A DNA stretch of 18,022 nt. It comes from a bacterium. GTDB lineage: Bacteria > Sysuimicrobiota > Sysuimicrobiia > Sysuimicrobiales > Humicultoraceae. The stretch covers positions 1-18,022 of the forward strand of contig JBGQGY010000080.1 of NCBI GenBank assembly GCA_041497675.1, written 5' to 3'. Both the position numbers and the translations under genes were made by a program. Each line of letters opens with the position of its first letter. The stretch's first letter is position 1. Under the pieces are notes generated by a model. It searched no databases and was not told the DNA's origin. It saw only the letters and a program-made list of their open reading frames with translations. Positions 16,761 to 18,022 of this stretch are shown piece after piece.

Positions 16761-18022
16761 ATGGACGGATATTACGATCTGGGTACGTACAACCGGCCGG
16801 TCACGACCTCTTCGCGCGAGACGCAGCTCTGGTTCGATCGGGGGCTGCTCTGGTGCTATGGATTCAACCACGAAGAGTCCATTCGGTGTTTCGCGAAGGC
16901 CGCCGAGCTCGACCCGCGCTGTGCCATGGCCTACTGGGGAATCGCCTACGCCGGCGGTTGCAACTACAACAAGCCCTGGGAAGCGTTCAGAGAGATAGAG
17001 TTACAAGAGGCCCTCGTTGCTATTCGGGCAGCCATGAAGAACGCGCTCGCCCACATGGATTCTGCGTCACCGGTGGAGCGGGCCTTGATCAACGCGCTGG
17101 TGCGCCGATACCCGTCTGAAGCGGCCGGCCCCGAAGGGTTCAGCGCGTGGAACGACGCCTATGCTGCCGCCATGCGCGGCGTGTACACGGCTTTTCCCGA
17201 CGACCTGGATGTTGCCAGCCTGTTCGCCGAAGCCCTGATCAATCGAACACCCTGGAAACTGTGGGATCTCCGAAGCGGACTGCCGGCCGACGGTGCGAGC
17301 ACCGTTGAGGCGGTCGAGGTGCTCGAGAGAGCGTTTCATCAGATCGAACGCGCCGGGCTCGCGCCGCACCCGGGACTGCTGCACATGTACATCCACACCA
17401 TGGAGATGTCGCCGCACCCAGAGCGGGCCCTGCAGGCCAGTGACGCGCTGCGCGATCTCGTGCCGGATGCCGGCCATTTACGCCACATGCCCTCGCACAT
17501 CGACGTGCTGTGCGGTCACTACCACGATTCGGTCGTGGCCAACACTAGGGCGATTGAGGCCGACGCCAAGTACCTCGAGCGCGAGGGGCCGATCAACTTC
17601 TACACGCTCTATCGTTGTCACAATTATCACTTCAAACTGTACTCGGCGATGTTTCTTGGGCAGTATAGAACGGCATGTGAAGCGGCCAACCAGATGATCG
17701 CCACGATCCCAGAAGAATTGCTGCGGGTTGCGTCACCCCCCATGGCCGACTGGCTCGAAGGTTTCGTGTCGATGAAGATGCACGTGTACGTCCGATTCGG
17801 GAAGTGGGAGGAGCTTATGGTCGAGCGCCTGCCGCGAGACCGGGATCTGTTCTGCGTGACAACCGCCATGCTGCACTACGCGAAGGGCATCGCGTTCGCT
17901 GCGACGGGGCGGATTCCGGCGGCGGAGGTCGAAAGAGAGCGATTCGCCATAGCGCTCAGACGCGTACCGGAGACGCGCTACGTGTTCAACAATAAATGCA
18001 CCGATATTCTCGCGATCGCCGC
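16761..18022 (+). CDS. TPR-containing protein, 3' truncated by window
   Basis: Frame open from MDGYYDLG in the segments translated; WFDRGL.WCYGFNHEE, DPRCAMAYWG, HPGLLHMYIH, GHLRHMPSHID; no stop seen before the window end. Confidence 0.85.
   Translation, partial: MDGYYDLGTYNRPVTTSSRETQLWFDRGLLWCYGFNHEESIRCFAKAAELDPRCAMAYWGIAYAGGCNYNKPWEAFREIELQEALVAIRAAMKNALAHMDSASPVERALINALVRRYPSEAAGPEGFSAWNDAYAAAMRGVYTAFPDDLDVASLFAEALINRTPWKLWDLRSGLPADGASTVEAVEVLERAFHQIERAGLAPHPGLLHMYIHTMEMSPHPERALQASDALRDLVPDAGHLRHMPSHIDVLCGHYHDSVVANTRAIEADAKYLEREGPINFYTLYRCHNYHFKLYSAMFLGQYRTACEAANQMIATIPEELLRVASPPMADWLEGFVSMKMHVYVRFGKWEELMVERLPRDRDLFCVTTAMLHYAKGIAFAATGRIPAAEVERERFAIALRRVPETRYVFNNKCTDILAIA

Overview
GC-rich bacterial chromosomal DNA in two parts. 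(1) Bases 1-10.7 kb: a run of functionally unrelated genes, all on the + strand (DUF1330, ABM-like, xth, nitroreductase, secreted protein, methyltransferase, membrane protein, LysE, SnoaL-like, class III cyclase, DUF1697, MgsA-C-like, PLP cysteine-synthase-like, RidA). It contains one intact integron attC site, several truncated attC left halves and short orphan gene tails, which suggests a decaying integron cassette array. No integrase is visible in the window. (2) Bases 10.7-18 kb: a 999-aa AAA-ATPase/TPR-like/LuxR regulator on the - strand, followed by an unannotated 57-aa signal-peptide ORF (possible peptide-signalling pair); a secreted 184-aa protein with a terminator; a DUF222-like/HNH nuclease gene bracketed by perfect palindromes with core ACTCGGTCCGGACCGAGT, with a third solo copy nearby (candidate REP-like/HNH mobile system); a phosphatase-like gene; and a TPR protein that runs off the window. 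All family calls come from motif recognition, not database searches.
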